From: Octopus vulgaris
Lineage: Eukaryota
NCBI GenBank assembly: GCA_951406725.2
Contig: OX597828.1
Location: 26,908,001 to 26,972,000 of the forward strand
DNA length: 64,000 bases
Reading direction: 5' to 3'
Shown here: one piece after another, positions 1 through 12,487 of the stretch
Numbering within the stretch: position 1 is the stretch's first letter
How the letters are laid out: the number at the start of each line of letters is the position of its first letter
Translations under genes and position numbers: made by a program
Notes under the pieces: generated by a model
What the model saw: only the letters and a program-made list of their open reading frames with translations
Told to the model about the DNA's origin: nothing
The model's database searches: none

Positions 1-824
1 ATGTAGAGCTCTGCATTGAGTGTTTGGTTGTGCTCAAGCAGTTCATAATCAACTATGCTGTCCTAGTACCACCATACACACAACATCGTCTTTTGAGGAT
101 GAAGGTCTTGTTTTGTTTACAGAGTCGCTTGTTTGTCAGGGCTGAGCCATTCTTTTCACTGCTTCATATTGACGTGAAGGTACCATTTTCATCGCCAGTG
201 ACAGACAATGTGGTAAAAAATTCTTCGTGACCATGTGTTGAGCAAACTGGTGGTGATTGTGGAGCATTGATTTTTGCTGTTTTCACTTAAAGTGTGTGGC
301 ACTCAAGCACTGAGTTTCTGAACCTTGCCCATTGAGTGAAAGTGGTTCACCACAGTTTTTTTTTTTTATTACAATCCATCTGCTCCGTCAATTCTCTGGT
401 CATTTGACATGGATTTTCATGAAGAAATCGATTCAATCTCTCTTCATTGAACTCAGTTGGTTGACTGGTGTGTGATTCGTCCTTGAGGTTAAAATTCCAT
501 TTTTGAAGCACAAAAGCAAAACAGTGGGTGGTACTTTCAGACATTGCTCCTTCTCTATACACAGCACAAATCTCATGAGCAGCTTCGGCGACCTTAACAC
601 CTCGATTAAATGTGAAAAGCAAATGGTGTTGAAAATGCTCAGTTTTGTCCACTTGTAATGATCTGAAAAAACATAAAAATCAATAAAATAAAAAAATCAA
701 AACACACTTTCTTGTAGAGCAAAGAATTCCCTTTTAAATAACATAAAACATTTTGCCAGTGCGTTTTATTTCTGCGTGCATTTTTAAATTTAAAAAAATG
801 CTCCTGAATTATTCCTCAAACCAA
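1..824 (-). mobile_element. Decayed mariner (Tc1/mariner) transposon with transposase pseudogene, truncated by the window edge
   Basis: Minus-strand translation gives a mariner N-terminal HTH region (MDKTEHFQHHLLFTFNRGVKVAEAAHEICAVY), then MGKVQKLSA*VPHTL (WVPHEL motif), a frameshifted TGDEKW and LHPQKTMLCVWW, with stops and frameshifts. TIR-like end ttggtttgaggaataattcagg abuts TA at 825-826. Confidence 0.93.
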
Positions 825-846
825 TATATATATATATATATATATA

Positions 847-1228
847 CTAGCAGTATCGCCCGGCGTTGCTCAGGTTTGTAAGGGAAATAACTATAAAGCA
901 TTTTTAGAGAATTATAGCCAAAAAATAGCAAAAAAATGGAAAAAAATGATGGTAAATTTTTTTTGAGTAAAAAAAAGTGGAGTTGCGTCCCCTAGACAGT
1001 TTGCGGTTTGTGTTTCTGATTCTCGACCCCATGTCGAATTTATCGATTTTTTTCAGAACTGGGGGAACTTTTCAAAATTTTCGCTGCGTTAGTTTTGAAT
1101 TATGACATTGGGCTATGTGTGTGTCAAGTTTCATCAGAATCGGTTGAAAGCCGTGGTCAGGGTGAGGGTACAAGCAAACAGACACACAGAAGCACGCACA
1201 GACAAACTGCCGTTTATATAGAGAGAGA
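847..1228 (-). mobile_element. Non-autonomous Helitron
   Basis: On minus: 5' TC start, subterminal GC hairpin (cc.gagcaacgccggg), 3' CTAG, inserted between A and T with no TSD; related copies at 6743 and 22282. Confidence 0.85.
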
Positions 1229-1276
1229 TAATCAAAATAAGCAACAAGGATATCCAAGGTAGTGCACTGAATCTGA

Positions 1277-1323
<47 letters not shown>

Positions 1324-1507
1324 CTATATACAGATATATATTTATATATATATAGCATGAGCCAAAAGACATGCACCAAACATTTGACATATTATTCATA
1401 TTTGTTGTTAGGACTATTTCACCCATAGCTATGCTCTGAGTTCAAATTTCACCGTGATCAACTTCGCTTTTCATCCTTCGAGGGTCCCACCTTGTATATA
1501 TATATAT

Positions 1508-1902
1508 AGGAGTGGCTGTGTGGTAAGTAGCTTGCTAACCAGCCACATGTTTCCGGGTTCAGTCCCACTGCGTGGCATCTTGGGCAAGTGTCTTCTGCTA
1601 TAGCCCCGGGCCGACCAATGCCTTGTGAGTGGATTTGGTAGACGGAAACTGAAAGAAGCCTGTTGTATATATGTATGTATTTGTGTGTCTGTGTTTGTCC
1701 CCCTAGCATTGCTTGACAACCGATGCTGGTGTGTTTACGTCCCCGTCATTTAGCTGTTTAGCAAAATAGACCGATAGAATAAGTACTGGGCTTACAAAGA
1801 ATAAGTCCCGGGGTCGATATGCTCGACTAAAGGCGGTGTTCCAGCATGGCCGCAGTCAAATGACTGAAACAAGTAAAAGAGTAAAAGAGAGAGTAAAAGA
1901 GT
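1508..1902 (+). mobile_element. tRNA-derived SINE, family A
   Basis: Box A-like gtggctgtgtggtaag, box B-like ggttcagtccc, CORE-like cttgggcaagt, internal (TA/TG)n, (GTAAAAGA)n tail; more than 10 copies in the window. Confidence 0.92.
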
Positions 1903-2548
1903 ATATATGTGTGTGCGTGTGTGTGTGTGTGTGTGCATGTGTGTGTGTTGGGGATGAGTGATTTTGTATTTACCTGTCACTCATAAATAAAGGCTTTGTT
2001 AATAATGTTGCTTGCAATCTACAACAAAACTTTGCCATGCAGCATGGCCTTTGTAAGCAACAGATATGTTTAGCTATTGTTTCTTTGCATTTGTCCAGGC
2101 AAGCAAGTCCTGGCTGTTTGTTGTTTAACACGCTGGGAGATTCTTACCAAAGCTGGAAGCAGGCATGCCAGGTAGGGCATCCAGCTGTTGAAGATTCTAT
2201 TCCATCATACATGCCTCTGACTCAGGCAAGCATTGACTCGGGCATTGACTCTTAGTTATAATGATCAGTGCTTTTTCTTAAATATCAAATTCCTTTCTAC
2301 TTCCACTTCATCTCTCACTTGCTCCTGCTGCTTCTTTCTCCTTCTTCCTTCTACACCTTCTTCACGCATACGATATGATTACACTCCACACACACTACAT
2401 CCCCACCCCTATCTCTATACATAAATACCCTCCTCTCCATGCTCACATCACCCTGTCTCCTACCTTCCTAACCCCCCACCCATAGATGTACATTCCCATC
2501 TGGCCCTTAACCTCTATCATATTTTCTGGGTTCTTTTTTTTACTTTCT

Positions 2549-2586
2549 TTCTTCTAATGAAGGACTAGCACCCAAAACATCAAGAA
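2549..2586 (+). ncRNA. Degenerate minimal hammerhead ribozyme motif
   Basis: ttctt-CTAATGA-aggactagcaccc-AAAA-ca-TC-aagaa: stem I perfect, but both core boxes carry substitutions. Confidence 0.4.
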
Positions 2587-2620
2587 TCTCTCCCTTCCTT
2601 TTAAGTGTTAAACCAATATA

Positions 2621-2779
2621 TCATCATCATCGTTTAACGTCCATTTTCCATGCTAGCATGGGTTGAACGGTTCGACCGGGATCTGGGGAGCAAGGAGGCT
2701 GCACTAGGCTCCAGTCTGATCTGGCAGTTTTTCTACAGCTTGATGCCCTTCCCAACGACAACCACTCCGTTAGTGTAGT
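2621..2779 (-). mobile_element. SINE-like family B, 3' part with (GAT)n tail
   Basis: Matches the multi-copy sequence catcatcgtttaacgtcc...ccatgctagcatgggttg...gatgcccttcc. Confidence 0.88.
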
Positions 2780-2835
2780 ATATCATTCATTAAAATTTGC
2801 CATGTTGTGCTTATTGCCTGATACATATATATATA

Positions 2836-3190
2836 TAGTCCTCTTGATGTTGTGCGTTTCATCTAGGGGGTCATGGAATCTCCAGAGACAGCGAGAGAGG
2901 GAAATAGAGTTCTCTCTATCCCAGAATCTGAATGAGTGCATGTGTTGGGAATATCTTCCTTTGAAGTCATTGGCTGTCATACTCATATAGTGCCTGGTGA
3001 TGCCATCAGATGGTGTACGAGTTGCTCTGTACACTATGGCCTTTGAGAGGCAGGATCATTCTAGAGTGTAGGTGGTGGAGTTTCAGCAGTTGCAGGTTGA
3101 GATTTGGGGTTGTGCGGGTGCATTTTTGTTTTGTGTCTGTTGATGTGTGTGATGTTGTCTAAGCAAGAGTAGCTCACCTTGACATGGGGT
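2836..3190 (-). mobile_element. Penelope-like retroelement fragment (linker plus GIY-YIG endonuclease), decayed
   Basis: Minus translation KVSYSCLDNITHI...TCNC*NSTTYTLE*SCLSKAIVYRATRTPSDGITRHYMSMTANDFKGRYSQHMHSFR...SLSRCLW matches the Penelope VKVSYSC/CNC/CPL...VVY/YIG.T...FK.RY..H..SF pattern. Confidence 0.88.
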
Positions 3191-3290
3191 TTTATTGTTT
3201 ACACTTTTACCGTTTTGAAAATCAGCACGTTTTCAACAGTTTTTCTTGTAAGACTGATACAGGCAGTCGTGTTTAACTCTAGGCTTTAAG

Positions 3291-3346
3291 AGTCGCTGAT
3301 GAAGATTAAGATGGCCTGCATAAAAATCCGAAATTGCGATCCGGCT
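3291..3346 (+). ncRNA. Minimal type I hammerhead ribozyme in an inverted Penelope pseudo-LTR
   Basis: agtcg-CTGATGA-a-gatt[17 nt]aatc-c-GAAA-ttgcga-TC-cggct: stem I agtcg/cggct, stem II gatt/aatc, quasi-palindromic stem III, AUC cleavage triplet (after 3341). Confidence 0.8.
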
Positions 3347-3394
3347 ATGCACGCTGGGGACTTACCTCTCTTTATCAGTCATTAAGTTCAGTAG

Positions 3395-4255
3395 TTTATG
3401 CGCATCCACAAATTAGCACGCATGTCGCTCAAATTTTAGGAGGACATTCGTCAACATCCTATCTGGTTTTTGTCAACTTATTTTTTGGGCTTTGTCAACT
3501 TATTTTTTTCCCGAGGCACCCGCGGATAGCGGTAAAAATCTATTTTCAGCCATAGCTTTTTGACAGCGTCTAACAAAAAAAACAACATAAAGAAAAGTGG
3601 AAGAAGAGAGGCAGAGAGTTTCACGGGAAAGACAAAGTGAGAGAGGGAGAGAGAGAGTAAGTGACGACGTTCATAAAATATATAATGTAAAATGTTTTGT
3701 CTTTTCTTAAACACGAGATATAGTGTTCAAATTCAGGATGTTTTTGAAAGACACTATATTTTATAATCATAGTATATATACTTTCTCACACAACAATTAC
3801 AATATATTTATTTTAAATTGTTCATCTTTCTCCCCCCTCTCTCTCTCTCACACACATTACTTTGGGTGCGAAAGAGTTTTGTTTTATTTTACGCCGAGTA
3901 AAAAAGTATTTTGTTGACAATCCATTTATCTAACAACAAAGAAACAAAGAGGTGAGTGAATTGCACAAAGAGGTGAGTGAATGGGTACAATTTCCGAGGC
4001 TTCCACCACACCCACTCCGTTTCACGAACCACAAAAAGGGTTTTGTAGCATATTAGGAGGCCATAGTAGTTGATTCCACGCAAAAAAAAAAAAAAAACGA
4101 TTATTTTTCTTAGTGAAAATCGTGCGAATGTTAATCTACAAATTTAACAACATTTTTCCATTCATTTCTGTTTATGAACATGCACAAAACATGCAATAGG
4201 TGTACGTATGTACATATGTGTTCGTGTCTGTTGCCCATATATATTTATATTATAT

Positions 4256-4286
<31 letters not shown>

Positions 4287-4418
4287 TATAATATAACCAA
4301 TTTCAACGGACTTTGCCCAAATTTGACGTCGATATTACTTAGTTTGGTTTGATATAAAGAACTTGATTAGCTTCATAATCCTAACTTAATCCCGGGCAAG
4401 GCCGGGTTATACTGCTAG
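3395..4418 (+). mobile_element. Non-autonomous Helitron, 5' terminus not resolved
   Basis: 3' end cccgggcaaggccggg hairpin followed by ttatactgCTAG|T, same terminus type as the other Helitrons here; left edge approximate. Confidence 0.65.
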
Positions 4419-4611
4419 TAATATATATGTGTGTGTGCATCTGTATGCAAGTATAATAGCCGATGAAAATGCATCGCACCTCTTAACTCCGGCATTAGAA
4501 ACTCTGAGTTCTATTATGACAAGTTACTGATTGTCCTAAATTATACATACACACACACACACACAGATATATATAGAGTTGCTTTTATGTTAAACATTCG
4601 TATGTCCAAAT

Positions 4612-5014
4612 TACTCTTTACTCTTTTACTTGTTTCAGTCATTTGACTGTGGCCATGCTGGAGCACCACCTTTAGTTGAGCAAATCGCCCCCGTGACTTA
4701 TTCTTTGTAAGCCCAGTACTGATTCTATCGGTCTCTTTTGCCGAGCTGCTAAGTTACGGGGACGTAAACACACCAGTATCGGTTGTCAAGCAAAGCTAGG
4801 GGGACAAACACAGACACACAAACACACACATACATATATATATATACATATATACGACAGGCTTCTTTCAGTTTCCGTCTACCAAATCCACTCACAAGGC
4901 ATTGGTCGGCTCGGGGCTATAGCAGAAGACACTTGCCCAAGATGCCACGCAGTGGGACTGAACCCGGAATCATGTGGTTGGTTAGCAAGCTACTTACCAC
5001 ACAGCCACTCCTGC
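4612..5014 (-). mobile_element. SINE family A
   Basis: Full-length reverse-complement copy. Confidence 0.92.
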
Positions 5015-5376
5015 TTTTTTTTATCAATATTTATTTTTGCTTGCAATAGCCTGTTCTTTTGATCAAACTATCATATCTCCAGCTGTTTCGGATGCCAAGA
5101 TATCAAAAATTGTCAAAAAGTACAACAGTTTTGCTATGGAATGGTGAAACTGTTTTTTATTTTTTTCATCTTCTGAAAAAGCAAGGTATTGGACTTAGGA
5201 CATTTTGCAGAATAGCAACAACATATATTCTGATGAATCTATCTGCTCACATACAGACATACTAAGACACCTACCCTACACACATATACACACACAAATA
5301 TATATATATATGTATATATGCACACACACACACATATACATATGTATCTACACACATATTCATATATATCTACATA

Positions 5377-5413
<37 letters not shown>

Positions 5414-5493
5414 GCATATCCAAACACCTTTCTCTTTCTGTTTTCACTTTCTTAACCTCACTCATTCTCTTTACATTCTCTATATATACATAT

Positions 5494-5903
5494 AGGCGCA
5501 GGAGTGGCTGTGTGGTAAGTAGCTTGCTAACCAACCACATGGTTCCGGGTTCAGTCCCACTGCGTGGCACCTTGGGCAAGTGTCTTCTGCTATAGCCCCG
5601 GGCCGACCAATGCCTTGTGAGTGGATTTGGTCGATGGAAACTGAAAGAAGCCTGTAGTATATATATATATATGTATGTGTGTTTGTTTGTGTGTCTGTGT
5701 TTGTCCCCCTAGCATTGCTTGGCAACCGATGCTGGTGTATTTATGTCCCCGTAACTTAGTGGTTCGGCAAAAGAGACCGATAGAAAAAGTACTGGGATTA
5801 CAAAAAGAATAAGTCCCGGGGTCGAGTTGCTCGATTCAAGGCGGTGCTCCAGCATGGCCGTAGTCAAATGACTGAAACAAGTAAAAGAGTAGAGTAAAAG
5901 AGT
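5494..5903 (+). mobile_element. SINE family A
   Basis: Full-length, aggcgcaggagtggctg start to gtaaaagag tail. Confidence 0.92.
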
Positions 5904-6205
5904 ATATATACATATATGCTTCTGTCATTTCTCTCTCTCTCTCTCTCCTTACCATCGCCACTCACACACATGCTCTCACACATCACTTTTTCTCTCTGGT
6001 ATACCCATACCTCTTCCACTCCCCATCTCTATCCTTACCTCTACCTTTATCTCTCTCTCTCTCTCTCCCCTGTCTGTGTCCCTCACTCTTTATCCTGACC
6101 ATCCTCTTCACCTCCTCCTCTCTATCACTAACCCTTTCCCCCCTCTCTTTCTCTCTCTTTGCTACCTCTCTCCTTACCATTGCTACCTGCTCTCTCTGTT
6201 TCTCC

Positions 6206-6239
<34 letters not shown>

Positions 6240-6742
6240 CCTGTACCTACCTTCTTACACCATTCAGCACTCCTCCTATTTACACTAATCTGATACAATG
6301 AGTTCTTTAATCAAAACAGGTTTCCTAATTGTTCTGTTTCTGGTGTTCTAGCAATGTGTGACTTGTTAATTAATGGCTGCTGCTGCTATTATCTAACCCA
6401 CCCCTCTGTGCGTATGTGTGCGTATGCATAATATTATCATTGTTTAATGTCTGCTTTTCCAGGCTCACATGGGTCACACATATATATATATGGAGCTACG
6501 TATATAAGCATGTATTTATTTACACATGCGCATGTACGCACATGCACACCCCTACACACACACACACACACACACACACACTGTGAAGTGAAAAACTCTG
6601 TTTTTCTAAATTCTTTTGTTATCGGGGTAAGTTGGTATATGGCAGAGGGGTTTTTTTGCAGTGAAGGTCAGCTGAAGTGACAGAGAAGCCATCAATGTCT
6701 TGTGGCTGGAGTGTCATATTGGAGGGGTCTTTTATATTAAAA

Positions 6743-7140
6743 CTAGCAGTGTCGCCCGGCGTTGCTCGGGTTTGTAAGGGAAATAACTATATAAGCATTT
6801 TTAGAGATGTAAAGTATAATAGCCATCTCAATATGGCTAACCACAAATGGGGGGGGGGTTACTGTAGCTTTTTACGTTCTGAGATTTAATAATACATTTT
6901 TAGAGAGTTACTTCCCTTATATAATAGCAAAAAAATGTATTAAAAATGGGAAAAAATAATGGTAAATTTTTTTTTAAATCGTAGACTCATCGTAGACGTG
7001 CGCTAATACCCAGATGGGCTCGATATGAATCACGACTATAAGATACCCGCTTTTGGTTACACTGCACCGCAAAATGTGGGAGTAGTTAGGAATCTAAATC
7101 GTAGGAGACAGACACACAACTTCACTTTTATGTATAAAGA
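6743..7140 (-). mobile_element. Non-autonomous Helitron
   Basis: 5' TC, 3' hairpin cccgagcaacgccggg plus CTAG, A|T target. Confidence 0.85.
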
Positions 7141-7604
7141 TGTGGTACAAGAGGATGAGGGAACATACAGGAAACTAAATAAAAAGAAAGCCCAAGGAAG
7201 TGGACATGCTTGCCCCTCATCAGTTATCAACCAAAAGTCATTGCAATTTCAACAACTTGTTGATGATATTGTCTATCAATTTGGTGGAGTCAGCTACAAA
7301 ACACTGCTGGGGGTCTAAATGAGCGAAGACCACGACAGAATAAGACGAGAAGAGAGAGAGAGATGGGGTCTCTGGACTGTAACATTAAAAAGGACAAGAG
7401 GAGAAATAAAAATTATATAAAGTGAAAATACAAAGGCAGTAACAAAATCATTAACATATAAAAGCAGTGCTCCAGCATGGCTACAGTCAACTGACTGAAA
7501 CAAAAGAATAAAAGAATATGATAAACAACACTAATATTTGTATACATAGAAAATCTTTTTGTTTGTGTGACCGAATTAAAATGTGCTTTATATACCATCA
7601 TCGA

Positions 7605-7850
7605 AATTATCATTATTCAGTATCCTTTTTTCTATGTTGGCATGAGTTAGATGGTCCAACATAAACAAACAGGCCAGAGCACTGCATCAATCTCCAGTGT
7701 CTGCTTTGACATGGCTTCAACAGCAGGATGCTCTCCCTGGTGCCAACCACTCTACAGAGTGTTCTGGGTGCTTTTCTTGTTGCACCAGTCCTGGTGAGGT
7801 TACCAAATACCTGTAAGACAAGACCTCCTCACCTGAGTGGGGTGTAATAT
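7605..7850 (-). mobile_element. Diverged SINE-like family B copy
   Basis: Degenerate ggatgctctccctggtgccaaccactctacagagtgttctgggtgc. Confidence 0.6.
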
Positions 7851-8588
7851 TGATGGATGTGAAAGTATGAAAGTGGGGTAGGAGCAGTTGTAGAGGAAGC
7901 TAGGTGGCTACCCCAGTTGGAAATAGAGAAGAGGGTGGATAGAGAGAGAGAGAGAGGATGGGAAGTGTTTATAGTGGTTTGATAGAGAAGATTGGAGAGG
8001 GCAAGTGGGTAGGTAAGTTGATGAGTGGAAGATGGAGGGGAGGGAAATACAGTGAATGAACATGGGTGGAGTGAGGGAGTTGTTGGGTAGGTAAGTTGTG
8101 GGGTGGGGGGGATTCAGGAGAGACACACACACATTAATAAATAAATGAATAAAAATGTAAACAAAGAAGCAATGAACATAATCCACCCACACACAGGCTG
8201 GACTCTCCCTCACCCCACCCCTGCAACCTGGGTTTTATCAGGGTACCCCATGACCCTGATTGCCTTCCTTCCTCTTCCCATGGCATTCTACTATTCAAAA
8301 TGATGACCATGACGACGACGATGATGATGGTGATGATGATGTGAAGAATAAAAATAGCAACAACAACATGGCTATTCTGCTCTCCATCCCTCTTCCTCTC
8401 CCCTTTACTCTCCCTTCCAACCTCCCCCCCTTCTCCGGCCGCATGTGTCTGAACAACTGAGTTGTTGCTATAAGGAAAAGCTATGAAAGAGGCATGAAAT
8501 AACTAATGTGTATGTGTATATACATATGTGTGTATATCTGTGTATATATATATGTGTGTGTGTATATCTGTATATATATATATATGTG

Positions 8589-8640
<52 letters not shown>

Positions 8641-8714
8641 AATATATAAATCTAACAAGCATAAAGTTTCCCAGCAGAGCTGGGCAGTTGTCCAGATAGA
8701 CAAGCAATGGTACA

Positions 8715-9570
8715 ATGGTAGATGGGTAATGGTGATGGTTTTTATGATGGTGGTGGTGGTTTTAACATCAGTGGTGATGGCGGTAGTAGTCGTGCTTATA
8801 ATGTTAGTGGTGTTGGCAGTGGTGGCGAATATTAATTATTGGTGGTGTGGACGATGGTGTTGATGGTGACTTGGGTTCATGGTGGTGGCGGTGGTCTGAC
8901 AGTGGTGTTGGTGGTACTACCAGTGTTAAGTTAATGTTGGTGTTGATGGTGGTGGGGTTTGTGTTTAGGGTATATTAATGCTGGTGGTGGTGGTAGTGGT
9001 GGTATTTATGCTGCCTGTAGTGGCCAGAACGGTAGTGGTGTAAAATGATGGAAGTGATGATGGTCATAATAATAATCATCATGATGATGATAATGGTAGT
9101 GATTATCTGAAAGTGATGACTGTGGTGGTGGTGGTGGTGGTGGTGGTGGTGGTGGGAGTATAGGCCATGTTAGTGGTAGTGGTGATGATGATGAGGATGA
9201 TGATGATGATGGCAGCAGTCATGATGTTGGTAGTAAATATAGAATACTGCTTGATGCTTCCTAATTTCCAAACAGAAGAAAAAGTGTTATATACACAGGC
9301 TTGCTCCAGCCAAAAGCACCAAGCCCTACCACCACCACCACCACTACCATTTCTACCATCATCCCACAGCCTCCAACACTGATGTTGCAGCAGCAGCAAC
9401 AACATCAGCAGCAGTAACGCTATGTTCTGATGCATTGGTTGCTGTTGATATCTGTACTTTCGGTTGCTGCTGCTGCTGGTCGTACCAGAGGTGGTGATGG
9501 TGGTGGTGGTGGTGGTAGTGGTGGTATAGTGGTGGTGGTGGTGGTAGCTGTGACTGGTTTATGTACTGGT
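8715..9570. repeat. Degenerate (GGT/GAT)n triplet low-complexity tract
   Basis: Seen directly; source of spurious poly-V/M/T ORFs. Confidence 0.8.
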
Positions 9571-9932
9571 AGGTCTAAGATCAACACTTAGTTACATGTA
9601 TACATGCATACAGACGCGAAAACAAATACACTATGCATACATATACACACATATAGACATACGTGTGTACATGCACTCACAAAAACACACACCATACATG
9701 CTACATGTGCACATATAGACAAGCTTACATGTATATACACACATCCACACGCCAAAACAAACACACTATACACACACTTGCATGCATATATAGACAGATT
9801 CTCAAATTGTAGAAATACACAACAAACACTAGAATTTTTGTCTTATTCTAACTCTGTTTGCTTATGGCACACACATACCCTGAAACAGATACACACACAC
9901 ACATACACACATTCATGCACACACACACACTA

Positions 9933-9966
<34 letters not shown>

Positions 9967-10816
9967 AGGCTGGTTGTTTAATGTGGTTAAAATTGCTTTA
10001 GGGCATTGGCACTAGCAAGAATTGTTGTGTAGCAGACCAAATGCCAAAGAGTATTTATTTATGTTTTGTAACTGTGTGTTCTCAGTTCACAACCCACTGG
10101 GGTCAGCTTTGTTTTTCATCCCCTCCAGGGTCAATAAACTAAACATCCAACACATCCTGCAATCGACTCAGTTGATGCTAGATTCGCGACATTGTACCAG
10201 AGTAAGAAATACTTATTAATTCCTGCTACATTATTGGGCTTGTTTCTTCCTCTTAATAGTTAAAATTACATTTCGGTCTTTTTTGGTTTCTTCAGAAGAC
10301 CTCATACATTCATTAATGTTCTTGGAATTTTGAACTAATTTTGAACTTGTATCAAGTTTTCAGGCGTAAATTTTCTAATCCTGTCCCCTTGTTTGGGTGT
10401 TCTTTTATAAGTTATTCTCTTTCTTGTGGGGCTACTTGCCTTTTATGCTTGAACAGGGGTGCATATTGACTGACATTCTTTAACTAAACTACAACACTGG
10501 ATGTCTGACACTTAGCATTTATTCTCATCGTCCCAGAATGCTTCTATTCGCTCTTGCTCAACACTTATATTTCTCTGTCCTACATCATTGTCACGAAGGC
10601 TACAACTACCTGGATACCTACTGGTGAATGTTTGTAGACAAATACATGGACATGAAAAGAACTGGGACTTGTTGAAGGGTTTGCGTCTGATTGCTTGTAT
10701 TACAATCAGCGCTGCTAAAGAGAATACAAGCTGGACGTTTGTATTCATTTGGAAGAAATGAACTGGTGGAATGTATTCAATGATTTGGATACCAGTTTCA
10801 GTTTGCAAGAAATCTG

Positions 10817-11221
10817 GGATCTTTTTGGTTTGAACGGCAGTTTTTTCTAGCGGTGTCATATTTATGACCCTAGTATCGATCTATAGCATTTCAATCTGTT
10901 TTAGGGTTAGGGTTAGTTAGGGTGGGGGGAAGGGTATCTTTTTTTCTTCAGAAATGTAAATAAACCCAATCTGTTTCTTAAACGAGGGACATATTCATAC
11001 GGCACAGAATGTTTTTTACCTCAATGGACGTAATTGATTGGTTGAAATTGCAGAAATTGAAGAAAAAAAAACAACAAATATCTTACAAACTATAGAATTT
11101 TCTCAATAAAACCAAGAGAAAAAGATGTTTTATAAACACATTCTACCAGTATACGAAGTTTGAAATTTTTTTAGTTACCTAGAAATTATGTTAAAAACTG
11201 CCGTTCAAACCGAAAAGATCC
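10817..11221 (+). mobile_element. MITE with ~28-bp GG-starting TIRs and 8-bp TSD (Merlin-like)
   Basis: TIR ggatcttttYggtttgaacggcagtttt at both ends; flanks gaaatctg/gaaatttg. Confidence 0.85.
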
Positions 11222-11734
11222 GAAATTTGGAATGATTTTGGACTTAGTAAATGTTAATGAGCATAGGGTATTAATTTGCTTAAATAGCTTAAAATACTTA
11301 TCAGCATCATCATCGTCATCAAGATCATCACCATCATTGTCATCATCATCATCATCACCAGTAGTACTTTGATTATTATTCTTTACCATTATGCTGTTGC
11401 TGTAACAAATTTTCATTAGCACCACCATTGTTATTGTTATTGCCATTACTTTTTTTTAATTTTATTAATAAAAAAAGAGGAAACAATATTAAGTTGCAAT
11501 TCAAAATCTGCTGTTGCCCTAATGCCATTCTGTCCTTTCAATGCCATCTTGGAATATGCTCAACACATTGATTTCCTGAGGGTTTCCTTCACAGAAAAGA
11601 ACCATTCTTTGCTTTTGCCATAATTTAATTAGCATTTCTTTTCTTGTGATTAGTTTCCTTTTTTTTTTTTTTAACCCTAAAGTATAACTTAAAATATATA
11701 TATATATATTTGTGTGTGTGTGTGTGTGTGTGCG

Positions 11735-11766
<32 letters not shown>

Positions 11767-12018
11767 TATATTAAGTTGTAAAGAAAACCAATTAAAAAAA
11801 AATACTTACATGCACATATATATATATATACACACGTACATATATAGACAGATATCCTTGCATACATACAAAGATGTATATTATTATTATTATTTCTAAG
11901 GTGTAAAAGCATCAAATTTATAAATTCCTTCCTTCCCTCTTGCCTCTGTGTGTGTGTGTGTGTTCATACTAAAATGTATATATGTATATATATCCTTCCC
12001 TCTGTATGTGTGTGTATC

Positions 12019-12059
<41 letters not shown>

Positions 12060-12102
12060 TATTGTTGTGTCTGGGGAGAGTCATTCTCTTTTAGTGCCTT
12101 AT

Positions 12103-12487
12103 AGGTGCAGGAGTGGTTGTGTGGTAAGTATCTTACTTACCAACCTCATGGTTCCGGGTTCAGTCCCACTGCATGGCACCTTGGGTAAGTGTCTTCTACT
12201 ATTGCCTTGGGCCGACCAAAGCCTTGTGAGTGGATTTGGTAGATGGAAACTGAAAGAAGCCCGTATATATATATATATATATGTGTATGTATATATGTGT
12301 GTTTTTGTCCCCCAACATCGCTTGACAACCTGTGTTGATGTGTTTATGTCCCCGTGACTTTTGGTTCGTGACCAATAGAATAGATACTAGGCTTACAAAG
12401 AATAAGTCCTGGGGTCGATTTGCTCGACTAAAGGCAGTGCTCCAGCATGGCCGCAGTCAGATGACTGAAACAAGTAAAAGAGTAAAG
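12103..12487 (+). mobile_element. SINE family A inserted into one arm of an inverted repeat
   Basis: Full-length copy; its flanks rejoin to give the reverse complement of 12550-12634. Confidence 0.9.

Noticed and set aside
1458-1980. Recurrent ORFs such as RQASFSFRLPNPLTRHWSARGYSRRHLPK
   Set aside because: Antisense translation of SINE family A; recurs at each copy with frameshifts.
7205-7255. Minus-strand GAAATTGCAA...CTGATGAG permuted hammerhead
   Set aside because: The cleavage position would be G and the stems do not form.
10266-10298. Minus-strand CTGAAGA...CCGAAATGTA hammerhead candidate
   Set aside because: Neither stem I nor stem II pairs.
10512-10859. 115-aa minus-strand ORF
   Set aside because: Starts inside the MITE TIR; no recognisable homology in the frames I read.
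10901-10930. Telomere or interstitial telomeric array
   Set aside because: Only 2-3 TTAGGG units, and they are an internal part of the MITE in all three copies.
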